The notes beneath the pieces are model-generated. The model saw only the letters and a list, made by a program, of their open reading frames with translations. It had not been told where the DNA came from and ran no database searches. 64,000 nt of DNA from Erysipelotrichaceae bacterium. Its GTDB lineage: Bacteria; Bacillota_I; Bacilli_A; RFN20; DUOF01. The position numbers and the translations under genes are program-made. Location: NCBI GenBank assembly GCA_015058985.1, contig SVBH01000005.1, positions 9,496 through 73,495 of the forward strand, written 5' to 3'. This document shows positions 11,401 through 20,124 of the stretch, in pieces. Numbering within the stretch: position 1 is the first letter of the stretch; every line of letters begins with the position of its first letter.

Positions 11401-14400
11401 TAATTCTATCGGGTACTTAGTTGGTGAAATAAATTCAACAGGAAAACATATTATAGAAGCTTATCTTATCAACGAAGCAGGAACAGAAAGCCGAGTTGTT
11501 AGACGTGAAATATGGATTGATGTAAGTAAACCAATGTTGGGTGATTATTTAGTCAATGAAGAAAGTTATAATTCTGATTTGTTCTGGTATGATAATTTCA
11601 CTTTCCAATTAAATGCAGGAACTGATGGAGCAGAAGAATCAGGATACTCTCATTCATATTATGTTTGGTATATTTATGATTATCAAAATCAAGAATATAA
11701 AATTCATCAAGAAGGAATATATAATTCTGATATTGAAATAGTCGAAAACGGATTACATAAATTAGAAGTTTATGCTGTAGATAATGTTGGAAATAAATCA
11801 GATACTGCAACAATTGAATTTGGTATGGACGCAGAGATAGATGCAATTAAATTTGAATATGACAAAAATCCAACTAATAGAGATTTACAAATTCAAATTG
11901 TATATGAAAATGTTATAAGCCAAATAAAAGCATTATCTTATATTATTAGTAATGAATCTATAACATTAGAAAATTATAATATGAGTTCAAGTGTAGACAT
12001 CTTAAGCACTAAGAAAGTAACTTTAACTGATAACTATGTTTTAAATGTTTACATTGAAGATGAAAGTGGTAACAAGATGGTATGGTCAGAGGCTGTTACT
12101 AACATAGATAAAATACCACCTTCATATACAATTAGTGTCGATGATGATGTTTATAAGAAAGAACACGTTGTAACTATTAATTATGGTGATGATTGCAACG
12201 ATATCAAATTTGTTAAATATTACATAGATAAAAATGCAACAAATCCTAACGCTAAGAATTTTGAAAATCTAGAAGAAAAATCAAAATTGAATAATGTTAA
12301 TTTTTCACAAGAAACTGGAAATTGGTATACACATATCTTAGTTCAAGATTTTGCAGGTAACGCAACGATTAGAACATCTTCTGTTCTTAACTTTGATACA
12401 ACTGCTCCTACAAATGGAGTAGCAAATATCAAAGATGGAAGCTGGTATCAATCTGTGGAAATTACAATTACAGATGGAAATGATTCTCATAGTGAATTTG
12501 ATCATAATAAATATCTATTAGAGAAACAAATTTCTGGAATTTATATGCCAATTGGTGAATGGTCTATTTACACAGAAAAAATTGTAGTCGACACAGAAGG
12601 TACATATCGCCTAACTTATTACAGTGTCGATAAAGCAGGAAACGAAGCAATCGAAAAGAAAATTGTGAATTTTGGAATTGATACAACTGCTCCTACTATT
12701 AAAGAATTTATAGTGAGTGAGGATTTCGTAAAAGGAAATTCTGTTGTCAAAGTTTATGTTGAAGATTTGCAAAGTGGAATTTTAGAAGTTAAGTATAAAG
12801 TAAATAAGGATAATGTAAAATTTGAAAATGCATCTGTCGCAACACTAAAAGATACTTTCTATGAAATTTCAATTAACGCGAATGGAAGTTATGCTATTGA
12901 AGTTAGCGATGTGGCAGGAAATAAAGCAAATGGAACCTTCAATGTAACCAATATTGATATTAATAAACCAAGTATAACAATTGACGTTAATAGTGAGGAA
13001 TGGCAATTAGTTACTAATGTTTCTGTTTCCATTAGTTCAAATGACCCTTCTGGAAATAATAGTGCCATAAGTAAAGTCAAAACAGTCAAATACTGTTGGT
13101 CAACAGAGAATATCACGATGGATGAAAATTCATTCTATGAAAAATGTACTGATTATAAGACTATTAGTAATGAAACTAATGAAATAGGTTTCGAAATTAA
13201 TTTAACTGATATTCCTGAAATTAGTGGATCATATTATGTTTATGCAATGGCAACTGATGGCGCTGGTAATACAAATGTAGGTAAATCTTCTATCATTAGA
13301 ATAGATAACACAACTCCTGAAAATCCTTCTATTGTTGCTTTATATTTGAACAATGAAATAAAGAATAATACAGCAGTAGCAGGGAAAGTATACGTCAATA
13401 TTTATGCCAATGAAAATGATGGAACTAGCGGTATAAATCACTATGAATGTTCTATAAATGGAACAGCAGTTACTACTGGTTGTTCTTCATTCTCAATAGA
13501 AAATGAAGGAACTTATGTAATTGCTGCGAAAACAGTTGATAATGTGGGATTGTCTAGTGAAATAGTCGAATTTACATTCAAGATAGATACGACTAAACCT
13601 ACAATTGGACCTTTAAATGCTACTACAATAAGTGGAACTATTTATCAAGAAAATACTTGGGTAAATGAAAATGTTAATGTTATATTACCAACAGGTGATG
13701 ATAATGATACGATTGCTTTATCTCAATATCGTTTAAATAAAGGTGAATGGACTACTTATAATGTTAGTAATATTCTTATTTCAAACTCAGGAATAAACGT
13801 GCTAGAGGTTAAAGTAAAAGATAGTGCGGGTAATGAGTCTGAAATTAGTCAATATCAAATTAAAATAGATAAAGATGCTCCAAGTGTTGGAAGAATTACT
13901 CTAATACCTTCTAATAGATGGTTAACTGAAGCACCTAAGATATCTACAACGATTGGTATTGATGAATTATCTGGATTTAAGGGATATCAATATCTAATTA
14001 GTAAAGATGGAAGTTTATTCCAAGATTATACTGATTTAGCAGAAAATACAGTATTACCTTCTGAACTTGGAACTTATACTATTACAATTAGAGCTATTGA
14101 TAATTCAGGTAACGTTAGTACCTCTACTAAGACTGTTCAATATGTAATTGTTGAAGAAAGTTTAATTTTAGAATTAGAAATTGCTCCTGAAACATTTACT
14201 AATGAAAGCGTAGATGTAAATGTAATTCTGAATAATTCCACTATCGCATATTTAGAAGGAAAAGAATATAAATTGGAATATGTTAAAGTATCATCAATGA
14301 CTGATTTATCATTAGATGGATATGATAAGTTATATGGTGATGTTGCTACTGAATTTGAAAACTTATCTTTCTCTGTAAGTGAAAATGGTAATTATGTAGT

Positions 14401-17400
14401 AGTTTTAAAAATTCTAAATAATGGGGACTACAAACCTACGATGATTCAAGGAATAACAATTTCTAATATAGACAAGGAAAAACCTTCAATTAATATTAAT
14501 GTTCCTTCATTTGATTGGTTATTCAAATCAGATGATCTTACTGTTATCTTTAGAGAAAATGGTTTCAGTGGATTAGCTCAATTAAAATATTATTGGTCAA
14601 CTTCTTCAGCAGAAGAAGATATTGGATTAACTGATATTGATTTTAATGAAGATGAAATTTTCTATAAAGTAGCTAAAGTAGCAGCTCCAACCATTTCAGG
14701 AATTCATTATTTACATGTATATGCTATAGACGTTGCTGGTAATAGTTTCCACGCTGTTAGTATTCCAGTTAATATTGATAGAGAAGCTCCAGCAAATGGA
14801 ACTGTTAGCATTACTCCTTCTGGTAAGGAATGGCACAATAGTTATTATGAATTGATGGTGAGTTCCACAGAAGATTATGGAAGTGGATTTAGTCATTACA
14901 ATTATCGAATTTTAAAATATATCAATGATGAATGGAAGAATGTTTCTTTCAATGTTACAAGTGCTGAATATCTTGAAACAGGAGATTATTGGATGACACT
15001 TGATAGTTCTTTAAGAATCTATGCAATTGAAGGTAGATATAAAGTTCAATTTGTCGCAGTAGATAAAATTGGTAATGTTCAACCAGTTCCATTAGAAACG
15101 GAAGAAATTAAAATTGATGTTAAGAAACCTACTGTAAGCGTAAAGTGTAATGATAATGAATGTTTATCATCATGGTATACGGGAGCCGTTAATTTAACAT
15201 TTGAAGGCCAAGATGCTTTAAGTGGTATTGATTATTTCCAATATAGTATTGTAAATGGCCAATGGATCAATGCTAATAATGCGCTTATTGAAGCAGAAGG
15301 ACAAACTTCTGTTCAAGTAAGATCAGTTGATAAGTCAGGTAACTATAGTGATGTTGTTACAGTAGTAATTAAGATTGATTCACAAGAAGATAATATTTCT
15401 ATTGATGTAGGTGGAGTTTTATGGACTAATCAAGCTACTAATGTCCACATTGGAATTAGTGGTAACAGAAGTCCAATGAAACGATTAGATGTTACATTCA
15501 ATGAAAATAAAGTTCTTGTTACTGAAAATAAATTTGTAGTAGAAAATAATGGAAATATTCATGTTGAATATGAAGATGAAGCAGGAAATATTACTACTCT
15601 TGATTATGAGGTTTCTATTTTTGATAAATTAAAACCTATCATTTCAATTGATAAATTAAATGGTCCTTATAGTCAAAGTCATAATATTGCTCTTAATGCA
15701 CAAGATAAAGACAGTTCTATCCAAATGATTACTTATACATGGAATAATGGAACAAAAGACGTTACTGAAAATATCATTTCATGTAATGGGGTTAAGGATT
15801 GTAATGTTACTATTCCTAGTCCAAGGGAAAGTGGTACATGGTCTTTAAAAATTAATATTATTGATAGAGCGGGTAATGAAACTCAAGAAATTTTCCAAGA
15901 TTATTTAATTGATGTAGATAAACCTACTTCTCCAAGTGCTATATGGAGTGAAGAAAAGATGATAACAGATAGTTATGAAGGATCTTTCACTTTTGTTGCA
16001 GGAGAGGATGAACATAGTGGTGTCGAATTTAATCAATATCAATTATGGAAAGCAGATAATTTAGTTGTTGATTGGACAAACTGTGAAAACGGAATAATTA
16101 TTGATTTACCAAATGAAGATGGATTATATAAATTAGTAATTAAAACAATAGATAGTGTTGGTTTAGAAAGCAGTAATCAATATTTTGTTACCCTTGATAC
16201 TATTGCAGATGAAATTATCTTAACTAAAGATGTTTCAAATTGGACTAAGAAGGATGTAACAATTACTATTAGTGTTAATAGTACGTCAGATATTGTCATA
16301 TATGGCGTTTTACCAGGAGAAAAAACAATAACTGATTTTGCAGGTGAATTTACTGTAATTAGTAATAAATGGAAATGTGCTTTAAATGGAACATATACTA
16401 TTTATGCTAAAGATGAAGCAGGAAATGAAAGTGTAAAAACAATTACAATTGATAATATTGATAAAGAAGAAGCTACTATTGATAATGTTGTTGATGATGA
16501 GGTTAGAACATCGTTTGAATTTGATGTAATCATTAAAGATACTGGTGGTTCTAAAATTAAGTCAATTACTTATAATTGGATTAAAGCAGGAAAAGAAACT
16601 AATCCAGTAACAATAGGTGATGTTAATGATGAAGAATATACTTTACACGTTGCTGCCCCAAGTGAGTCAGGAAGTTGGACCTTGAAAATAACAGTAATAG
16701 ACTATGCTTTAAACGAAAAAGTAGAAAGCTTTATTGGATATAAAGTGGATTTAACAGGTCCGGTTGTATCTAACATTTACGATAGTCAAAGTAGAGATAT
16801 CACGAATAATTCATGGCATAATGAAAATGTTACTATTACTTCCATTCTATGCGAGGATATGTTCCTTACTGAGGGCAATGTTGTATATTACAGATTGAAT
16901 GAAAACGATCAATGGACTCTTTATGAGGAAGAACCAATTTTATTTGAACAAGAAGGTGAATTTGTAATCTACTTCCAAGCAATAGATGCTTTAGAAAACG
17001 TTAGTGAAATTTATGCATTTAAATTCTTCATTGATAAGACAACTCCTGTGCTTGAAGCAGAAGACTTTGTTATAGACTTTGAAGGAACATATGAGCATGT
17101 TTATCAAGTAACAGATAATATGGACGCAGATATTGCTAAAAAAGTGAAAATTACTGATAATGTTAATGTTAACAAAGCTGGTGAATATAACATCACTTAT
17201 GAAGCAACTGACAATGCTGGAAACGTTGGATTTAAGACAATAAAAGTTATTGTTAGAAGTGAAGTTGTACCTATCATTGAACTTGATACATCTGAAGTAA
17301 TTGTTGAGGTTAATACAGGATATGAATTACCATTTGCAATTATTAGAGATGCTGGTAATGAATATAAAATTTCTGGTATTTCAACCCCATCCTTCGATAC

Positions 17401-17839
17401 AACAAAACTAGGGACTTACACGGTAGTTTATAGTTATACAAATATCGCAGGTCAAAACGTTAAAGCTACTAAAGTAATTATAGTTAAGGATACCACTGCT
17501 CCAATGTTCAATTTCAATAAACTTAATAAAGAATTGATTGTAGGAAGTGATTTCTCATTTGAGGCAGTTGAAGTAACTGATAACTATGATGAAAATGTTT
17601 CTTATACAGTATCAGGAGATGTAAATACTTCTAAAAAAGGTTCATATGAATTGACTTTTGTTGCTAAAGATTCTTCAAACAATGAAAGAATTGAAAAGGT
17701 AGTAATTAAAGTCGTTGAGGAGAAAAAAGAGTTTGATGCTGTTCTGTTTGTTGAGGTAACAGTCATCACTATGCTAACAGGAGTGTTAGGTTCATTTGGA
17801 ATTAGAAAAATAAGAAGAAAGAAAAAACTTGCAGATTAA
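2492..17839 (+). CDS. Giant (5115 aa) Ig-like repeat surface protein with Sec signal and C-terminal membrane anchor
   Basis: Signal peptide MRKRWGK...KINA; recurring D-x-A-G-N...I-D-x-T-x-P units about every 90-100 aa; three DUF5011-like C-terminal domains; TM helix plus RKIRRKKK; GGGAGG RBS. Confidence 0.85.
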   Translation: MRKRWGKNIFLSLSILFGAFILLNINASKINAANQEMISTIEEGEWSNKNASLVFTMNSEWEEEFNNVYINYLQGYLNTEEIIKCEASTTCKTVSFVKSANNQYTLKMTNVTSNKRVYYYVYVDTDESKTNGFYGYFDISRIDTSAPTLISPTPNTKGVVKGTSFNSFAISHSYYKEGDTHIDLEAPIKSITFTGSDGTPREYDVNLLEYSYSAGTSKFVSLHLDEPISELGTLSIVDMANNKSDYILVTDQQGPQYSMKMADINNLNIFVVDLEKSKFDPNKSSITLYYVQKIYGDGNSYSEHVEINYFFSDLSYKEGLDENENKRLIYTLPVYKDTEYEMDLFLVDEYENISVYEGVVFDTYGPTKSSDSPEDGGYYSNLAGKELAPADASINYTIYYSEYYTSTSTWGNYNTFSGNIDSLSPNYKYKWYIQNDDTGHVSPEYFFVYDTTAASVVGKEINYSSTGKCTTDSNGNPVCSGKLTITFPDVVDSQSGMKSQRYTVYLNDALYLEGFIDETLTISSTVSGSLVITATYINNVGLTSVLSLNVNIDNTKPEVVQSKVLVNVTEGATFSFNKEVTSLTYITKTIDGSNITTSGSSTISDFKSTSLNIKNILTLQSDIWYVVTFSDVLGNESETVSFYCYNNQDSFFSEFNMSEGISCNSSNKCTVIDETYNYVSIVWNTKFNYGLNEIGITNFDLYYLWTEDQSNLPSSNFLNVYYSAPSVTIGLFDGITPQSNIYYYWNLSIIIGEERYDCTYENRFSKTSSTLQSLDFSDRLFRGGYYLSNTVISKSNIDNLPSGATTYLKFVYQNTALSQSEFTSSDLNSVTFTSDYDAPYLHVLVKYEGDTFYYISPYKYYVAALSSFSIQGLDVNGKGVSAKHISVNSSNVVVSDTRFYVDLVYQKSSVIEDYSGEVCVFIQGSAVTCQSFYILSEQSGVGIISLPAFSLKSKVYTVGTELEIYVRDSSENTISFLSGATYTSTIQVTNGMNNSSSILFKNDSSSSASDYDETIWHSEGFDIYAGFSSSLSILSVQYVIVDTSLLKIATGNSSSTINNFDEAVAINYLVNNGYMINASYGMRESYMYWSQISINLADGKYLLFVKVTTSSYIDYIAYKKVLIDNKAPTININSITGVKENNHVEKNAQEKYVVTINYSVSESTNGSGMSDSLTCKISDILYDCVVTSTTVTITYLGTKSSELNVELIANDNAGNSNSVSKSFYLDLNAPTVSSVESKVDTDSANLISVSFSVNDDMSDFDVYYRKGKSETTSDFNNILSCSTNCNFKIANSEHDTYSIYVVDADGNGGFYHINLNTPSKVVATIVEDGTNIIKGINNYYYTKGILKVKFENTSEYEGLTYYFSQNLVNWDKLTNLVGADTYRFEFNPTLSSDGAKTWYIKVVTQAGLEAIIYLYNVYVDTSGPNSSISYEGKKTNDEAYQLVDEEEKKFRCDSNINTCYFNYLLLRYNLALSDVKDEGVGTNINHDSSRIILSQGKSTVSTIYTKDVEELITQPIKLDADLVTAENQYTLTLILYDLLGNYSENKITIIVDRQADEVDSFVYLREWTKGPLEVLISLKTYSIQSPISSVKYWLCGANTSCDKSTATDVYDAEKIEGRFITLKSISSNGYWNIELTDKAGNITKANLEITNVDNKAPVLCQLGSCDESGDNDYISYQVSAEGWSKENILITFVEKIITFESPNMVLWQREGDAGWRIASDWKALFAEEGVFTINLKAADIAGNESNKIQITIKIDKTAPELGEIIDYERDKWVNEDVELTVGYAKDVYPEGVINVSEVAASFYSVDGKQTWNLYTKDNLPKLSYTCEEGKVCVAEIYLKSIDEAGNVTESEEPIYVKIDKEAPEVGNFEVLKEDGTQFDSDEWVKEKLSIRFYVGTDGDCDDKLKCSGVYQNQFTLDGEKWETYVLEEGASYYELVINTTVNYKISVKIIDIAGNETVSEKIITVKVDMDGPKVDVTYQVEEDDTFVDLVEEFNTEKWYNKRIQITLNIEDNESGLNKSKMTIYYDGMSSCVWSLEDTTGCPDYATLVEKTENKIVIKFIFEKDGSYSLTYSNEDKLANLSEGSKPLLIDRNENADGFTTGLVTVNPEISSDWINDLTAISGASYKVNTNGIADNYSGVEKIEYTVDGIEFKEISLNTSKNGGLKTEDGEYSIYIKITDKAGNISYSNKITYKIDTTKPTIKEESLYQTGAYCQNCKIGNVDSKAVYVKVGDDFKVTVPVNVVNIEDNLSGVDKIQYRLADDDNWFDLSESNKIELSEAGAYSIAIRAIDKAGNISNISNSKQEFSIITSTPKVPDIKVNGTKVSSNNEFMWLSKSDNYRVEIVLTIIGMSAKYQYQEVKEGSTYQESAWVEKNGNSFNLAVENKKITLYVRGVGYYGTGADDYVNGEIGIFNLGIDLGITEDDITFDYDDSTTNQEVIISGTIANSFSHIKSVKAVLTGDILDFENADELLNGEDRFEYAVSNSGTYTFKVEDNAGNVIYKELEISNIDKDNPLVQINISQEELYLQRHSVSVSIEDQCTLDFTCKIKYYISTGNEYDEAEFGDVFYSEFEDNLVYENTGIYYLHIYVIDAAGNDNYVISGEIKIDKTNPTIGNVEGIVNNKWYNQDVTITFTEGTDAESQFSHYEYSIDGEDWIKYTGNLVIETSKQYQFSYKGCDFAGNCSNGPSITFGIDKEDITVDVQTTIDTTIIVKGTTIKYQVVIGPSLSGIKEIKYLKVLEESNLTYEDFENANHISLETKEFELNKSGKYVIMVSNIAGSYVTKYFDVNCFDNKAPTINFAGIYPEWKNTYDNITVTIEDEVDQDNVSSGLANDEVYYFISEEYKAVETLDQTDFATAKKGSSNFTITDITETGIYYIYVLAKDEVGNVQISVSDSIKLDKTTSDNLLTPIIQFKVNGEIVSIDDQTWVKGPISVYLFNPELEYSPVSLGKVRAYKVETTSEYFDYIVDDNSIGYLVGEINSTGKHIIEAYLINEAGTESRVVRREIWIDVSKPMLGDYLVNEESYNSDLFWYDNFTFQLNAGTDGAEESGYSHSYYVWYIYDYQNQEYKIHQEGIYNSDIEIVENGLHKLEVYAVDNVGNKSDTATIEFGMDAEIDAIKFEYDKNPTNRDLQIQIVYENVISQIKALSYIISNESITLENYNMSSSVDILSTKKVTLTDNYVLNVYIEDESGNKMVWSEAVTNIDKIPPSYTISVDDDVYKKEHVVTINYGDDCNDIKFVKYYIDKNATNPNAKNFENLEEKSKLNNVNFSQETGNWYTHILVQDFAGNATIRTSSVLNFDTTAPTNGVANIKDGSWYQSVEITITDGNDSHSEFDHNKYLLEKQISGIYMPIGEWSIYTEKIVVDTEGTYRLTYYSVDKAGNEAIEKKIVNFGIDTTAPTIKEFIVSEDFVKGNSVVKVYVEDLQSGILEVKYKVNKDNVKFENASVATLKDTFYEISINANGSYAIEVSDVAGNKANGTFNVTNIDINKPSITIDVNSEEWQLVTNVSVSISSNDPSGNNSAISKVKTVKYCWSTENITMDENSFYEKCTDYKTISNETNEIGFEINLTDIPEISGSYYVYAMATDGAGNTNVGKSSIIRIDNTTPENPSIVALYLNNEIKNNTAVAGKVYVNIYANENDGTSGINHYECSINGTAVTTGCSSFSIENEGTYVIAAKTVDNVGLSSEIVEFTFKIDTTKPTIGPLNATTISGTIYQENTWVNENVNVILPTGDDNDTIALSQYRLNKGEWTTYNVSNILISNSGINVLEVKVKDSAGNESEISQYQIKIDKDAPSVGRITLIPSNRWLTEAPKISTTIGIDELSGFKGYQYLISKDGSLFQDYTDLAENTVLPSELGTYTITIRAIDNSGNVSTSTKTVQYVIVEESLILELEIAPETFTNESVDVNVILNNSTIAYLEGKEYKLEYVKVSSMTDLSLDGYDKLYGDVATEFENLSFSVSENGNYVVVLKILNNGDYKPTMIQGITISNIDKEKPSININVPSFDWLFKSDDLTVIFRENGFSGLAQLKYYWSTSSAEEDIGLTDIDFNEDEIFYKVAKVAAPTISGIHYLHVYAIDVAGNSFHAVSIPVNIDREAPANGTVSITPSGKEWHNSYYELMVSSTEDYGSGFSHYNYRILKYINDEWKNVSFNVTSAEYLETGDYWMTLDSSLRIYAIEGRYKVQFVAVDKIGNVQPVPLETEEIKIDVKKPTVSVKCNDNECLSSWYTGAVNLTFEGQDALSGIDYFQYSIVNGQWINANNALIEAEGQTSVQVRSVDKSGNYSDVVTVVIKIDSQEDNISIDVGGVLWTNQATNVHIGISGNRSPMKRLDVTFNENKVLVTENKFVVENNGNIHVEYEDEAGNITTLDYEVSIFDKLKPIISIDKLNGPYSQSHNIALNAQDKDSSIQMITYTWNNGTKDVTENIISCNGVKDCNVTIPSPRESGTWSLKINIIDRAGNETQEIFQDYLIDVDKPTSPSAIWSEEKMITDSYEGSFTFVAGEDEHSGVEFNQYQLWKADNLVVDWTNCENGIIIDLPNEDGLYKLVIKTIDSVGLESSNQYFVTLDTIADEIILTKDVSNWTKKDVTITISVNSTSDIVIYGVLPGEKTITDFAGEFTVISNKWKCALNGTYTIYAKDEAGNESVKTITIDNIDKEEATIDNVVDDEVRTSFEFDVIIKDTGGSKIKSITYNWIKAGKETNPVTIGDVNDEEYTLHVAAPSESGSWTLKITVIDYALNEKVESFIGYKVDLTGPVVSNIYDSQSRDITNNSWHNENVTITSILCEDMFLTEGNVVYYRLNENDQWTLYEEEPILFEQEGEFVIYFQAIDALENVSEIYAFKFFIDKTTPVLEAEDFVIDFEGTYEHVYQVTDNMDADIAKKVKITDNVNVNKAGEYNITYEATDNAGNVGFKTIKVIVRSEVVPIIELDTSEVIVEVNTGYELPFAIIRDAGNEYKISGISTPSFDTTKLGTYTVVYSYTNIAGQNVKATKVIIVKDTTAPMFNFNKLNKELIVGSDFSFEAVEVTDNYDENVSYTVSGDVNTSKKGSYELTFVAKDSSNNERIEKVVIKVVEEKKEFDAVLFVEVTVITMLTGVLGSFGIRKIRRKKKLAD

Positions 17840-17852
17840 ACTGCAAGTTTTT
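17823..17852. terminator. Bidirectional terminator embedded in both coding ends
   Basis: AAAAACTTGCAG-ATTAAA-CTGCAAGTTTTT; both TAA stop codons lie in the loop. Confidence 0.8.
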
Positions 17853-20010
17853 CTTTTACAAGAGTTAAAGCAACTCTATTCTTTTCTTTTTGAATTTCTA
17901 AAACATATACTTTGACTATATCACCTACACTGACAACATCAAGTGGGTGATTTATTTTTTTATTAGACATTTTAGATTTATGAATCATTCCATCATTTTT
18001 AAGACCAATATCTACAAATGCTCCAAAGTCGACAACACTTCTAACAGTTCCTTCTAGTTCCATACCTTCTTTTAAGTCTTCTAAGTGTAAAACATCACTT
18101 TTTAAAGTTGGAATAGGATAAGAGTCTCTAACGTCTCTTAATGGCTTTAAAAGTTCGTTTTTTATGTCTTCTAGAGTTAATTCTCCAATGTCATATTTAC
18201 TAGAAGCTTCCTTAATATCAAGATTAGATAAAACCTCTTCATATTTTTCGCTTCCAATAGTTTCGTTTTGTAATCCTAAATCATTAATCATTGTTATAAC
18301 TTTTTTATAATTTTCAGGGTGAATAAATGTTTTATCTAAAGGATTATCGCTTTCTAATATTTTTAAGAAACCAATTGCTTGTTCAAATGATTTAGCACCA
18401 ATTCCTTTTACTTTTGAAATTTCTTTTCTATCTTTAATAAATCCATTTTCTTGTCTATAAGCAATAATAGAATTAGCAGTTTTCTTATTTAAACCAGAAA
18501 CATAACTTAATAATTCTGCAGAGGCACTGTTTACATTAACACCAACACTGTTAACCACTTTTGAAACTGTAAACTCTAATGAATCAGATAATTTAGTTTG
18601 GTTTACATCATGTTGATATTGACCTACTCCAATAGATTTAGGATCAATTTTAATAAGTTCCGCTAAAGGGTCAATAACACGTCTAGCAATAGAAATAGCA
18701 CTTCTTTCTTCAACTACTAAATCAGGGAATTCTTTTTTAGCAAGTTCACTAGCAGAATAGACAGAAGCACCTGCTTCACTAACGATAATATATTTAACAT
18801 CTAAATTATTTTCTTTAATGGTTTCTGCAACAAATTCTTCTGTTTCTCTAGAAGCTGTTCCATTTCCAATAGCAATAAGCTCAACATTATACTTTTTAAT
18901 TAAAGTTAACATTTTAATCTTAGCTTCTTGTCTTCTAGCAGGACTAACAACTTCTCCTTTGAATTTCTCATTAGGGTAAATAACATCTTTAGTAATGAAG
19001 TCTCCACTTTTATTAATAACAGCCATTTTAATACCTGTTCTAAAAGCAGGGTCAAGACCTAACATCATTTTACCTTTTAAAGGTGGAGTTAATAATAATT
19101 GTTCTAAGTTTTTAGAGAACAAATCAATAGCTTGTTCATGAGCTTTATCAGTTAATTCTGTTCTAATTTCTCTTTCAATGGAAGGATATAATAATCTTTT
19201 ATAAGAATCGGCGATGGCTTCTTTAATATAACTAGAAGAAGGACATTCTTTCTTGACCATTTTAGCATTGATATTATTGATAAACTCTTGATCATCAACT
19301 TCTAGTTTTACTTTAATAATCTCTTCTTTTTCTGCACGATTAATAGCTAAGATTCTATGAGATGGAATCCATTTAACAGGTTCACTGTGTTCATAATATA
19401 ACTCATAAGTTTTAAATTCATCGACAGCATCTTTTTTGATTGAAGTAACTACTTTACCCATGCGTGTAATAAATCCTCTTAGGGAACCTCTGATATCTGC
19501 ATCATCAGAAACTCTTTCTGCGATGATATCTTTAGCACCATTTAAAGCATCCTCTGTTGTAGTAACTTCTTCAGTTAAAAACTCTTTTGCTTTTTCAACA
19601 GGATCGATATTAGATAAAGTTAAAAGAAAATCTGCAAGAGGTTCAAGTCCTTTAGCAATAGCAGCAGTAGCTCTTGTTTTCTTTTTCTCTTTATAAGGTA
19701 AATATAAATCCTCGACTTCTGTTAGAGTTTTAGCAGCCATAATAGTTTGTTCTAACTCAGGAGTCATCTTATCTTTTTCTGTAATTAATCTAATAACTTC
19801 TTCTTTTCTTTGTAATAATTTATTTTCATATTCATAAGTAACAGAAATAGTTCTTATTTGTTCTTCATCTAAGCCCCCGGTTTGTTCCTTACGATATCTA
19901 GCAATGAAAGGGATAGTTGCTCCTTCTTGTAGCATTGAGATAACGGCTTCAGTTTGAGAAACTTTGATATTTAGTTTTTCACTTGTAAGAATAATAATTT
20001 CTTGATTCAT
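17836..20010 (-). CDS. tex: Tex/YhgF-family RNA-binding transcription accessory protein
   Basis: ATIPFIARYRKE, DPAFRTG, IGNGTASRETE, IGVGQYQHD, C-terminal S1 domain; GAGGTG RBS favours ATG at 20010. Confidence 0.95.
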   Translation of the reverse strand: MNQEIIILTSEKLNIKVSQTEAVISMLQEGATIPFIARYRKEQTGGLDEEQIRTISVTYEYENKLLQRKEEVIRLITEKDKMTPELEQTIMAAKTLTEVEDLYLPYKEKKKTRATAAIAKGLEPLADFLLTLSNIDPVEKAKEFLTEEVTTTEDALNGAKDIIAERVSDDADIRGSLRGFITRMGKVVTSIKKDAVDEFKTYELYYEHSEPVKWIPSHRILAINRAEKEEIIKVKLEVDDQEFINNINAKMVKKECPSSSYIKEAIADSYKRLLYPSIEREIRTELTDKAHEQAIDLFSKNLEQLLLTPPLKGKMMLGLDPAFRTGIKMAVINKSGDFITKDVIYPNEKFKGEVVSPARRQEAKIKMLTLIKKYNVELIAIGNGTASRETEEFVAETIKENNLDVKYIIVSEAGASVYSASELAKKEFPDLVVEERSAISIARRVIDPLAELIKIDPKSIGVGQYQHDVNQTKLSDSLEFTVSKVVNSVGVNVNSASAELLSYVSGLNKKTANSIIAYRQENGFIKDRKEISKVKGIGAKSFEQAIGFLKILESDNPLDKTFIHPENYKKVITMINDLGLQNETIGSEKYEEVLSNLDIKEASSKYDIGELTLEDIKNELLKPLRDVRDSYPIPTLKSDVLHLEDLKEGMELEGTVRSVVDFGAFVDIGLKNDGMIHKSKMSNKKINHPLDVVSVGDIVKVYVLEIQKEKNRVALTLVKEKLAV

Positions 20011-20124
20011 TTTAATAAACACCTCGGGAGATATTATACCAAAAAAAGATAAAAGAAAGTAGAAAAACCTTCTTTACTAATTAAATAATATTTCCTATAA
20101 TTTTAAGTGCTAGAGGTGTAAGTC

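Noticed and set aside
10244-14896. Short minus-strand ORFs inside the giant gene (10244, 11598, 12889, 14711)
   Set aside because: Antisense shadows of a strongly coding frame; no RBS or protein-like composition
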